From: a virus
Taxonomy: Duplodnaviria; Caudoviricetes
Reading direction: 5' to 3' (one strand)
IMG/VR virus record: IMGVR_UViG_3300012940_000036
Span: 1 to 47,242 of that record
Length of the DNA: 47,242 bases
Both the position numbers and the translations under genes were made by a program. Below the pieces are notes generated by a model. That model saw only the letters and a program-made list of their open reading frames with translations. It made no database searches and was not told the origin of the DNA. Below are positions 27,623 through 35,819 of this stretch, piece after piece. Every line of letters starts with the position of its first letter. Within the stretch, counting starts at the first letter, position 1.

Positions 27623-28527
27623 GAGGCCTCCCTAATGCGTTGCATGAGCAGGTCGTTGTAGTCCTGGCCGCGAGGGCAGTCGCGGCGGACCTCGACCGGA
27701 ATCTTGTGCTTGATGATCAGTCGCCGAGCCAGAGCCTCAGCTGCGGCTTCGCCAGTATGGGAATGGTCCACATCGGCGAAGATCGTCACCTGCCCCACCC
27801 CTTCAGGAAGCTGGAAGCGCTCCATGCGGCCGGCGTCTCCAGTGGCCCAGCAGGCGACTCCGTAGAGCTGCGATGCCGACAGGGCCGTCTCGATGCCTTC
27901 GGCGAGACCAAGATGCTTCGGGGTGTCACACAGGCGGATCACGCAATCGCCGGTCTGACCTGGGGTGTAGAGCTTCTGGCTGGAAAGCTGGGCCTTCCTG
28001 CCTTCCTTGGTGATGAAGCTCAGGTGGTAGCCCTTGCGCTTGCCGGAGGCGTCGAAGAGAGCAGCCACCATCGCCGGGGAAAGCGTCTTGTCCTGCCAGT
28101 TCCAGATGCCCGGGTTGTACCGGAGGTATTGGCGCGGAGCCGATTGGATGCCGCGGTTGCGCAGGTACAGCACCACGGGATCGATATCGGCCAGCGGCAG
28201 ATTTCCATCGTGGATGCGCTTGAGCAGCGAGCGGTGATCGCGCTCCTGCTTCACGGACTCGCGCAGGGCACCGGAACGACTGTCCAGGTCGCGAGCAAGC
28301 TCCTTGAAATCCATGCCGGTGATGCCCATCGCCAGTCTGAATCCATCGCCAGCACCGCAGCCATTGCAGTAGTAGGAGCCAGAACCTTCCTTGTCGTCGA
28401 AGCGGAAGCGGTCCTTCCCGCCACAGAGCGGGCATTCCGTGTGCTTCCCGCTCAGTTGCTTCTCGTTGAGTCCGTAGGAGCGAAGCGCATCAGCCCAGCG
28501 GCCAACCATGCGGTCGACAGTCTTCAT
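27619..28527 (-). CDS. DNA primase (Zn ribbon plus TOPRIM)
   Basis: CPLCGGKDRFRF, CNGCGAGDG, AEGIETALS, FADVD and DYND motifs. Confidence 0.92.
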   Translation of the reverse strand: MKTVDRMVGRWADALRSYGLNEKQLSGKHTECPLCGGKDRFRFDDKEGSGSYYCNGCGAGDGFRLAMGITGMDFKELARDLDSRSGALRESVKQERDHRSLLKRIHDGNLPLADIDPVVLYLRNRGIQSAPRQYLRYNPGIWNWQDKTLSPAMVAALFDASGKRKGYHLSFITKEGRKAQLSSQKLYTPGQTGDCVIRLCDTPKHLGLAEGIETALSASQLYGVACWATGDAGRMERFQLPEGVGQVTIFADVDHSHTGEAAAEALARRLIIKHKIPVEVRRDCPRGQDYNDLLMQRIREAS

Positions 28528-30014
28528 GCCGCCACCCTCCGCTTGGCCCACTTGATGTTGATGTGGCGAATCCACTTCTCGATCTCGGGGGACGGATGGC
28601 GCGGGGCTATGCTCTTGGTGTCACGCGGAGCGCTGCCGCAGTACTCGCGGCACTTGTGCCAGGCCCACCCAGGGTTGTGATGGTGGTCTATGGCATAGCC
28701 GAGGAACTGGGCGAAGATGGCTTCCTTCTCGGCGGTGCTGAAGGTCTTCCGCTTGGAAGTGCCCTCGCCGATCTTCACCAGCTTGCCGTCGCACCACTCG
28801 ACATCCTCATGCGCCTCGGGTTTGAAGCCGCAGGCCGGGCAGATGCTGGTGGCAAAAAGGCGCTGGCACTTCGGGCATGGGCGAGGCAGGCGCTCAGCCT
28901 TCTCGGTATCACGCACGCGGCGGTCGCTGTTCTTGCCGGCGCCCATGTCCAACTCAGTCGGTAGCGCCTCAGTCGGCACGCCATTGCGCAGGCAGTTACC
29001 GGCGTGGTCGATGATGATGCAGTCATCCTTGCCATCGGCTGGACGCAGGCCGCGCCCCATCATCTGGTAATGCATCATCAGCGACTTCGTGGGGCGCGCC
29101 AGGACAACACAGGAAGTCTCCGGCGCATCGAAACCCTTGGTCAGCACGGCGACGTTGCAGAGAACACGGATGGAGCCGTGGCGGAAGTTCTTGATGATCT
29201 TCGCCCGCTCCTGCTCATCCATGTACCCATCGACGTGTGCGGCCAGGATGCCGGCTGTGTTGAACTGGCGGGCAAGCTCACGGGAATGGGCGACGTTGCA
29301 GGCGAACACCACGGTCTGGCGGTCCTTCGCATGGATCAGCCAGTTGGTCACCACGTCGCCCATGATCTTGGCACTGCCCATCACCTCGGCCAGGGCATCT
29401 TCAGCCCAATCACCATCGGCGGTGGTCTTGACGCCCTTCATATCCGGGATGTGCGGTGCATAGCATTCGGCTGGCACCAGGTAGCCCTGCTGAGTCAGGT
29501 CGGACAGAGAGGCGGTGACCACCAGGCGCCCGAAGGTCTTGCCGAGCCCCTTGCGGAACGGCGTGGCGCTGAGGCCGATCACCGGAATCTTGCGCTCGAT
29601 GCATTCGGCGATGATCTCCTTGTGCATCTTGTGCAGGACGTGAGCTTCGTCGATCACCACCAAGTCAGGCTTAAGATGATCGGCCAAGTCTTTCCAGCGG
29701 GAGCGAAGGGTTTGAATGGTGCAGACCTGCACGGGCTTGCTGTAGTCCGTGAAGATGTGGTCGGACTGGATGACACCCACCTGCAGGCCGTCATGGCAGA
29801 ACCGTGCCACCGCCTGATCCACTAGCTCCAGGGAGTCGACAATAAAGAACGCCCGCTTGCCCTTGGCGCAGGCACCCTGCTTCATCGCCGATGCGATGGT
29901 GGTCTTCCCGGCCCCCGTGGGCGCCATGAGCATCTGCACGAGAAACCCATCGCGGATGCCGCGCCGAAGCTCGTTCAGCGCCTGGTCTTGGTACGGTCGA
30001 AGGATTTGAGCCAT
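28524..30014 (-). CDS. SF2 DEAH helicase with C-terminal Zn finger
   Basis: LRPYQ, APTGAGKT, DEAH, SATP, QMMGRGLR and CPKC..CPAC motifs. Confidence 0.94.
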   Translation of the reverse strand: MAQILRPYQDQALNELRRGIRDGFLVQMLMAPTGAGKTTIASAMKQGACAKGKRAFFIVDSLELVDQAVARFCHDGLQVGVIQSDHIFTDYSKPVQVCTIQTLRSRWKDLADHLKPDLVVIDEAHVLHKMHKEIIAECIERKIPVIGLSATPFRKGLGKTFGRLVVTASLSDLTQQGYLVPAECYAPHIPDMKGVKTTADGDWAEDALAEVMGSAKIMGDVVTNWLIHAKDRQTVVFACNVAHSRELARQFNTAGILAAHVDGYMDEQERAKIIKNFRHGSIRVLCNVAVLTKGFDAPETSCVVLARPTKSLMMHYQMMGRGLRPADGKDDCIIIDHAGNCLRNGVPTEALPTELDMGAGKNSDRRVRDTEKAERLPRPCPKCQRLFATSICPACGFKPEAHEDVEWCDGKLVKIGEGTSKRKTFSTAEKEAIFAQFLGYAIDHHHNPGWAWHKCREYCGSAPRDTKSIAPRHPSPEIEKWIRHINIKWAKRRVAA

Positions 30015-30077
30015 AATCGTCCTCGCTCTCTGAGCAGCGCCCCGTTCTGTCCTCGCCGACTGCGGGGCGTTTTCGTT

Positions 30078-30272
30078 TCAGCCTTTCCAGGCCCAACCAA
30101 GGGAAGGCTCGCGTTTCGCCTCCCCACCGAACTTCGCCTCAACCATCCGCAGCGCGTTGGCGGGCGCATAACCTTTCCCGATGAGCCAGTCGTAGTAGCC
30201 GTTCGGGTCCGGCTTCCTTTTCTTCCCATCCAGGGAGGCGCTCTGCGCTTTCCCCTTACGCCGTCGAGCCAT
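30078..30272 (-). CDS. Small basic hypothetical protein
   Basis: AGGAG upstream; MARRRKGK start. Confidence 0.6.
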   Translation of the reverse strand: MARRRKGKAQSASLDGKKRKPDPNGYYDWLIGKGYAPANALRMVEAKFGGEAKREPSLGWAWKG

Positions 30273-30284
30273 CTCACTCACTCC

Positions 30285-30745
30285 TGGTCGGGGCTTTTCC
30301 TGGCTTGGCCCTGTGTTTCAGGCATACCAAGATCAAGAGGGCACCCGGCCCAACGAAATTTCCCGGAATCGGTTGTCTTTGGAGCTCGCTATACCTGGCT
30401 GGATGGGGCGGCCTTCTGCCCCCCAAACACGCCCGACTTCTCTACTTCGCCGGGCAACTCACTTGCCGCCAGGGTTGGCATCCGAACAGTGACCGCTTGC
30501 TCGGATGCAGGGCCGCCCTCCTTCCAGAATCCCCTCGCGCCTCCACAGTCACCGGCCCTTCTCGCCGTCACCTGCTTGCAGCTTCCCCGCGTCCTAGCGG
30601 TTGGTCCGACTCAGCTCTTGGGGCGTTACTCCCTCCACTTGCCGGACGCTCGGGGGCTGGTGTTTTCGCCCCGTGCTCTGTACTTCACTTTCACCGCTGC
30701 GCCTGCTCGGAGAAGGCGCCTTAGCTGTCACTGGCCGACAGCGCA
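30285..30745 (-). ncRNA. Putative large structured RNA, or structured replication origin
   Basis: About 450 nt without a credible CDS; many nested helices with G-U pairs on the minus strand. Confidence 0.45.
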
Positions 30746-30746
30746 G

Positions 30747-30950
30747 TTAGTCACTCTTGAGCCCCTCTTCAGGCCTCAGCTGGACGACCTTCGCTTTAGG
30801 TCGCCCTGCGGATGTCAGTCCGCCCATCGCAATCCCTTCGATCACGATCTCTTCCATGCAGCGCTCAATGCTCCAGCCGTGCTGCTTGGCCAGGGCATCG
30901 ATACGCGCTTTCACCCACTCAGGCAGGTCATCGAATTCGAGTGCGCTCAT
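30747..30950 (-). CDS. Small putative DNA-binding regulator (RHH-like)
   Basis: LPEWVKARIDALAKQHGWSIE; GGAGG RBS. Confidence 0.6.
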   Translation of the reverse strand: MSALEFDDLPEWVKARIDALAKQHGWSIERCMEEIVIEGIAMGGLTSAGRPKAKVVQLRPEEGLKSD

Positions 30951-30968
30951 AGCCCCTCCAGAGGGGCC

Positions 30969-31178
30969 TTAAGCCGCCGTAGAATCGAACTTGATGGCTT
31001 GTTCTTCCTGGATCGACTCGATGGCGCCGTTCACGACGGACCATTCGATGAGTTCACGAAGGAAAGCGGCGTACTCGATGTCAGCCCTGCTGGCCGCCTT
31101 GCGCAGCATCCGGTCGAATTGAGGTGTCAAGCTGAGCTTCGGGCGCTGGGTTTTGCGCTGCTCGGGACGGTCGTACAT
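30969..31178 (-). CDS. Small regulator in the cII position
   Basis: AGGAG RBS; MYDRPEQRK...; directly after cro. Confidence 0.6.
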   Translation of the reverse strand: MYDRPEQRKTQRPKLSLTPQFDRMLRKAASRADIEYAAFLRELIEWSVVNGAIESIQEEQAIKFDSTAA

Positions 31179-31189
31179 GCACAGGTCTC

Positions 31190-31453
31190 CTATGCGGCTG
31201 ATTTTTTGGGGGATGCATTGGTGCGAAGCGCGGCCGGATCTAGGTGCTTTCCGCGGGCGAGTGCCAGTTCGGAGATCACCTCGGCGTAACGCGTTTCGCC
31301 GGTGTATTCGGTGCGGGGGAGCTGGTCGCTGCGGATCCATTTGTCCACCGCCTGGCGGCTCTTGCCGCACGCTTTGGCAACGGCAATGGCGCCCCCGGCG
31401 AGGTCTACAGCCTCAGCAACAGAGCCTTCTCGGCAGGTGAATGGAGTATCCAT
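31190..31453 (-). CDS. cro: Cro-like HTH repressor
   Basis: GGAIAVAKACGKSRQAVDKW HTH; LPRTEYTGET; divergent from cI. Confidence 0.88.
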   Translation of the reverse strand: MDTPFTCREGSVAEAVDLAGGAIAVAKACGKSRQAVDKWIRSDQLPRTEYTGETRYAEVISELALARGKHLDPAALRTNASPKKSAA

Positions 31454-31468
31454 ATTGAGCCTCGCTCA

Positions 31469-31540
31469 TCAACTTACGGTTGATATTAATGATCAACTGA
31501 CTGTTGCGCAAGTTCTGTGCAAGGATCAACCAATGGTTGA
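31469..31540. promoter_or_regulatory. OR operators: three TCAAC-N5-GTTGA sites; candidate pR (TTGCGC-17-TAATAT, minus strand)
   Basis: Sites at 31469-31483, 31493-31507 and 31526-31540; same motif as OL. Confidence 0.8.
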
Positions 31541-32273
31541 GACTCAAGAGATACGGGACGCCTTTGCGGCGCGCCTGAACAGAGCGCTGGACGAAATGCC
31601 TGAGATCAGGCAGGAGCGCGGCCGCAATGTCGATTTGCATGGCGCACTGGAGAAGCTAGGGGCTAGAGCGAAGAAGCAGGCTACTCACAAATGGCTTACC
31701 GGCTCCTCGATCCCTGAACGCGACAACATGGAACTGCTAGCGCGCTGGCTGGGTGTTCGCGTCGAATGGCTGGAATACGGCCTGGGCGAAATGCGCGAAT
31801 CGGACCAGGCGAAGCCCGAGCCCGAACCTTCGGCGGACTCGTCCGATGACGAATACGTCCACGTCCCGCTGAAGAGCGCCAGGGGCGCAATGGGCCGCGG
31901 CTACGAGAACCCCTACGTCGAAGTGAAGGGGCATCTGGCGTTCAAGCGATCCTGGATCATGGCCAGGGGCTTGAATGTGAAATACCTAGAAGCCTTCTAT
32001 GCCGACGGGTGGAGCATGCATCCCACCATCAACGATGGCGACGTGGTGCTGTTGAACAAGGCCCAGAAAGAGCCGATCCACAACACAATCTTCGCCCTCA
32101 ATGGCGCCGACGGCGTGATCATCAAGCGCCTTTCGCATGCGAGCGCCGTGAACCAGTGGGGGCTGATCAGCGACAACCTCGACAAGCGCGAATTCCCGGA
32201 CCAGTGGTTGGACGAGGATGACGAGCCTATGTCGCTGATGGGGCAGATTGTTTGGCGCGGTGGGGATCTGTAA
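31533..32273 (+). CDS. cI: CI repressor (HTH plus S24 autopeptidase)
   Basis: ATHKWLTGSSIP HTH, AMG cleavage region, GWSMHP catalytic Ser and IIKRL catalytic Lys. Confidence 0.93.
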   Translation: MVETQEIRDAFAARLNRALDEMPEIRQERGRNVDLHGALEKLGARAKKQATHKWLTGSSIPERDNMELLARWLGVRVEWLEYGLGEMRESDQAKPEPEPSADSSDDEYVHVPLKSARGAMGRGYENPYVEVKGHLAFKRSWIMARGLNVKYLEAFYADGWSMHPTINDGDVVLLNKAQKEPIHNTIFALNGADGVIIKRLSHASAVNQWGLISDNLDKREFPDQWLDEDDEPMSLMGQIVWRGGDL

Positions 32274-32276
32274 GAA

Positions 32277-32513
32277 ATGGGCATGAACAAACCCACCCAG
32301 TTGCTAAAGCACGACCTCAAGTCCATAACGGCGGACCTCAAATGGGCATCCGTCGACCTGGTGAAGATCGCCGAGCGACTGAGCCAGGCAGGCAATGAGA
32401 CTGACGCCTGGGCCGTACTCCGTATCGTTGGGGTGCTCATCAACGGCGAGGACCGTCTTGGCTCATATGCTGATGAGGTCAAGGCGGGGCGGATAACGCG
32501 GAGTAAGGGCTGA
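32277..32513 (+). CDS. Hypothetical helical protein downstream of cI
   Basis: ORF starts 3 bp after the cI stop. Confidence 0.6.
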   Translation: MGMNKPTQLLKHDLKSITADLKWASVDLVKIAERLSQAGNETDAWAVLRIVGVLINGEDRLGSYADEVKAGRITRSKG

Positions 32514-32569
32514 TAGGTGTCATGGCCAGGGCCGGAGCGATAGGCAAATGGGGGGAGTGAGGCGTATGC

Positions 32570-33025
32570 ATGGATGATCAGCAACTGATCGCGCGACCCA
32601 AGCGCTTCTCTGGCCGTTTGGCGTTCGGCACTAAGGATACTAACACCCTGTTCAAGGTCGCCGCCTTCCGGCCGGAGGATGAGGATGGCGCAACCATCCC
32701 CGGCGTGACCATCGAGATCGTGCTGCGCACGGGCGTGGCTGCGGATCGCTGCAAGTACACCTTCACCATGTTCCGCCTGAGCAACCAGAAGCAGCGGCGC
32801 GTCTACCAACTAGAAGTCGTCCCCCAGGACAAGCGTTCGCACAACGGGCCGCCAAGGCTCTACGGCCCGCACGAGCACTACGGCGACGATGGCGATGTGC
32901 GACCTGTACAAAATGACCTCTGCTGCACAGACTACAAGCTCTGGCTGGAATTATTCTGTAGCCGCATCTGTCTGACATTGGAGACCGAACTGCCATACCC
33001 GTTTGGTGACGATCATGGAATGTAA
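32570..33025 (+). CDS. Hypothetical protein, partner of the DUF1828-like gene
   Basis: GAGG RBS; SHN...GPHEH motif; overlaps the next gene. Confidence 0.7.
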   Translation: MDDQQLIARPKRFSGRLAFGTKDTNTLFKVAAFRPEDEDGATIPGVTIEIVLRTGVAADRCKYTFTMFRLSNQKQRRVYQLEVVPQDKRSHNGPPRLYGPHEHYGDDGDVRPVQNDLCCTDYKLWLELFCSRICLTLETELPYPFGDDHGM

Positions 33026-33770
33026 CTGGCTGATCAATAATCTGGGCTTCGAGTGCCGACCCGTGAAAGGCATCACCCATGGGCCGGTGCTAGAGGTCGA
33101 CACGCCGTTTTCCTTCTCGGATGGAGAGCCGATTGCCTTCTACGTGAAGGAGCACGGAACCGTTCTGGTGCTCAGCGACAATGGCGACACCCTCGCCCAC
33201 CTGATGAGCATCGGTCTGTCCTCTTCGGACAAGCGCCGCTGGGCCTCGCTGCGCAATCGCCTGGAACTGCATAGCCTGGCGCTGAGCGATGCGGGCGAGA
33301 TCTTGGCCAGCGGACCGAACCAACAGGCCTCCGATCTGATCGCCCGCTACCTGGCTGGCTTGATGTCCATCGTCGAATACGAGCGCGAGGCGTTGGCGAC
33401 TCCTTCTGACTGGCATGTGCTGGTCGATGAGGTGGAGATGCTACTGCGGCACTGGCGCCCCACCGAAACACTGTCGCTGCGGCCCAAGGCTCGCGGCCTG
33501 TCCCGGCGCGAGCACACTTTCGACTTCCAGTTGGGCAATCTGCTGGTGGACGCAATCAGCCCGAACGCCAATGCGACGGGCGGCGTTATGCGCAAGGCCG
33601 GCGACATCCTGAGCAGCCCCTATACCAAGGGCCGGGAGATCATGGTTGTGATCGATGACCGTAAGGACCACGCGAGCGCCCTGATGGAGCGCGACATCAT
33701 CTCATCGCTGGTGAAGTCCATGCTGTTCACCGACCTGGAGAAGCGCGGCGCCAGCCGAAGTCATCACTAA
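33015..33770 (+). CDS. DUF1828-like protein with a possible nuclease-fold C-terminus
   Basis: TPFSFSDGEPI, LSDNGDT, GLSRREHTFDF and VVIDDR motifs. Confidence 0.75.
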   Translation: MECNWLINNLGFECRPVKGITHGPVLEVDTPFSFSDGEPIAFYVKEHGTVLVLSDNGDTLAHLMSIGLSSSDKRRWASLRNRLELHSLALSDAGEILASGPNQQASDLIARYLAGLMSIVEYEREALATPSDWHVLVDEVEMLLRHWRPTETLSLRPKARGLSRREHTFDFQLGNLLVDAISPNANATGGVMRKAGDILSSPYTKGREIMVVIDDRKDHASALMERDIISSLVKSMLFTDLEKRGASRSHH

Positions 33771-33780
33771 GCATGGCCCT

Positions 33781-33804
33781 AAGCCCCGCGCCCGCTGGGC
33801 TTTT
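33781..33804 (+). terminator. Terminator of the cI-accessory operon
   Basis: AAGCCC/GGGCTT stem plus U tract. Confidence 0.7.
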
Positions 33805-33847
33805 CGCCCTCCCTTGACCGCCCTACCCGTTTTGGTAAATTTTCCCT

Positions 33848-33911
33848 GCCCTGGAGCTGGGAAGACAGCAGCTACCAGGACAAGGCCGTATCGATTGGGT
33901 ACGGCCTTTTT
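33848..33911 (+). ncRNA. Putative sRNA of about 65 nt
   Basis: TTGACC-16-TAAATT promoter (33814-33841), one hairpin, then a terminator at 33882-33911. Confidence 0.45.
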
Positions 33912-33970
33912 CGTTTCTGGCAATGACGGCATCGCCTGCTACGCTGAAGTTTCCATGCTGAGACCTTTCC

Positions 33971-34006
33971 GGCCGCCCGTCCCTGATCGAGGCGGCCTTT
34001 CTTTTT
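33971..34006 (+). terminator. Intrinsic terminator ending a second short unit
   Basis: GGCCGCC/GGCGGCC stem plus U-rich tail. Confidence 0.6.
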
Positions 34007-34030
34007 CTGGCATCTGCACAGGAGGACGCC

Positions 34031-34144
34031 ATGGGGCAACCACATCGACCGACCTTCTGGGTTCTTCTCTGCGCCTGGGCTATCGCCTCGGCAGCGATTG
34101 TCTCCGTCATCTGGCTGATACTGGGCCGAGCTGGACCAGGTTGA
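34031..34144 (+). CDS. 37-aa single-TM peptide MGQPHRPTFWVLLCAWAIASAAIVSVIWLILGRAGPG
   Basis: AGGAGG RBS; hand translation; terminator follows. Confidence 0.65.
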   Translation: MGQPHRPTFWVLLCAWAIASAAIVSVIWLILGRAGPG

Positions 34145-34160
34145 TATCAATCGCCCCATG

Positions 34161-34187
34161 AAAAAGCCCCGCACTGCGGGGCTTTTC
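34161..34187. terminator. Bidirectional terminator
   Basis: AAAAGCCCCGCA/TGCGGGGCTTTT between convergent genes. Confidence 0.85.
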
Positions 34188-34205
34188 GTTTCCGGTCTCT
34201 TCCTC

Positions 34206-34463
34206 CTACCAGGCGCTCTCGTCTACCTGCCACCGGATGGTGACAGCGCCCTCCTCCCCCTCCTCGATATCCACCCCGTCAGCCAGGCTCATCTCGTCCA
34301 GTAGCCGGTCCCAGTCAGCGTGGCTTTCGCCCTCCTCCCTACTGATGGTCAGCGACCGCGCCAGCTGCGCGGCCGGCATACCCATCAGTCGCTGAATCCT
34401 TCTCCCTAGTACCTCGTAACTGCTCGGTTCGCGCGGTTCCTGCCTCTTCGCTTGCTTTGCCAT
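34206..34463 (-). CDS. DUF1654-like protein, probably SOS-regulated
   Basis: SSYEVLGRRIQRL...GAVTIRW; AGGAGG RBS. Confidence 0.78.
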   Translation of the reverse strand: MAKQAKRQEPREPSSYEVLGRRIQRLMGMPAAQLARSLTISREEGESHADWDRLLDEMSLADGVDIEEGEEGAVTIRWQVDESAW

Positions 34464-34478
34464 ATCAACCTCCTGTTG

Positions 34479-34494
34479 CTGTATGTATATACAG
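34479..34494. promoter_or_regulatory. LexA (SOS) box CTGTATGTATATACAG
   Basis: CTGT-N8-ACAG consensus overlapping a minus-strand -10 (TACTGT). Confidence 0.85.
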
Positions 34495-34583
34495 TATTTC
34501 CTCCCTCAGGCTCTTTGCAAGCTGGCCGCATAGAAAATTTTTCCCTTAGAAAATCAACCGGATATCAACTGAAACACGAAATA

Positions 34584-34626
34584 TCAACTTCTGGTTGTTG
34601 ACATAAAACAACCACTGGTTGATATT
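34584..34626 (+). promoter_or_regulatory. pL-like promoter (TTGACA-17-GATATT) with two OL operators
   Basis: -35 at 34598-34603, -10 at 34621-34626; operators at 34584-34598 and 34608-34622. Confidence 0.85.
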
Positions 34627-34687
34627 TGTCTCACACCAACGCAATCCACCGCGCTGGCCAGGCAGAGATGCCTCGGCGAAGCCGGAA

Positions 34688-34701
34688 CGCTCTTTTCACA
34701 A
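34688..34701 (+). promoter_or_regulatory. boxA-like antitermination element CGCTCTTTTCACAA
   Basis: Resembles lambdoid boxA, about 55 nt into the pL leader; a second CGCTCTTAA lies near 37335. Confidence 0.55.
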
Positions 34702-35228
34702 TTCGGGAACCCTCTGCTGCACCACCGTCGCGAGACGCTGGAAGAGGCAAAAGACGCAGCCTGAGCTGGGCCAGACAGTCCAGCCGTGCAAGCCCATGCA
34801 TTGCACGCGACGTCGCTCAAGTCACCTGCCAATAGACCAAAGAAGCAAACGCAGGAGTGGGAACGAACCCCGACATGGAGAAGCGACCGAGATGACACCA
34901 ATAGGAGGAACCCACCCATGCAGTAACAAGCCCAGCCGATGTTCGGGTCGGCACCTCGCGAGCAGCTGCCCACATCACCAGGCCGCCGGGCTGCAGCGAA
35001 CCCGCGAGATCACCTCTAGTCCCCCACGACCTGCTCCGTAAGCCGATTGAAGGCGCAGCGAGGGAAGCCCAAGGCCAAACACATCGAGTCCGAGCTGCTA
35101 TCGGCAGTGGTGAGGACAGCACCACCCGCGGGTTGTAGAAGCCCAGTTAGGCGAACGCGGAGCAACACCGATTTCCTCGATGCCATCCAGAGGGTGGCAT
35201 CTGGGAAGTCAGCCAAGAGGACAGGATC

Positions 35229-35441
35229 ATGAACATCAGCGTTTTGAACTTCACGGCCTACAAGATCGATGTAGACCCATCCAGCCGCACGACCGTAGGC
35301 ATCTCGGCCTTTGATGCGGACGGCGCCTCGGTGCTGGAGAACTTCGACATTGAGCAGATCGTTAACCACTTTGGCGCCGAAGCCATCCTTGACGAGATCG
35401 GGGAGCAGGTCGCCCGCCGCCACTTCAACATTGAGGGATGA
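35229..35441 (+). CDS. Hypothetical protein
   Basis: AGGA RBS; first clear pL-operon gene. Confidence 0.75.
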   Translation: MNISVLNFTAYKIDVDPSSRTTVGISAFDADGASVLENFDIEQIVNHFGAEAILDEIGEQVARRHFNIEG

Positions 35442-35444
35442 GAG

Positions 35445-35708
35445 ATGGCCTCTACTTACGGACGCAGCCCGGCGGAGATTGCTGAGGACATGGTTCTGAC
35501 CATGGCCTCCCCCATCTTCAACATCAGCCGCGAGTTTGCAGCTCGCTATTGCGAGCAGCGCTTTGAACTCAAATCAGCCAAGCCTATCCGTGAGCAGGCA
35601 GTGGCCCTGCTTGATAACTGGGAAGGTACGAACGCGAATATCGCCGCCGCGATGCAGCTGTGGCCGATTTGGTGCTACGCCACTCGCGCGCATCGGTCCA
35701 ACACCTAA
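35445..35708 (+). CDS. Hypothetical protein
   Basis: Closely coupled ORF. Confidence 0.6.
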   Translation: MASTYGRSPAEIAEDMVLTMASPIFNISREFAARYCEQRFELKSAKPIREQAVALLDNWEGTNANIAAAMQLWPIWCYATRAHRSNT

Positions 35709-35819
35709 CCCAAGACACGCCGCGCGAGACGCCAGTAGCTGAGCGCGGCGAGCAACACCGATTTATTCGATGCCCTTGGAGACAGGGGCATCCGGGAAAT
35801 CACCAGCAGAGGAATCACC

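Noticed and set aside
29988-31289. 433-aa plus-strand ORF across the structured region
   Set aside because: Antisense to several credible genes, no RBS or motifs, Pro/Arg/Leu-rich composition; cannot be fully excluded without conservation data
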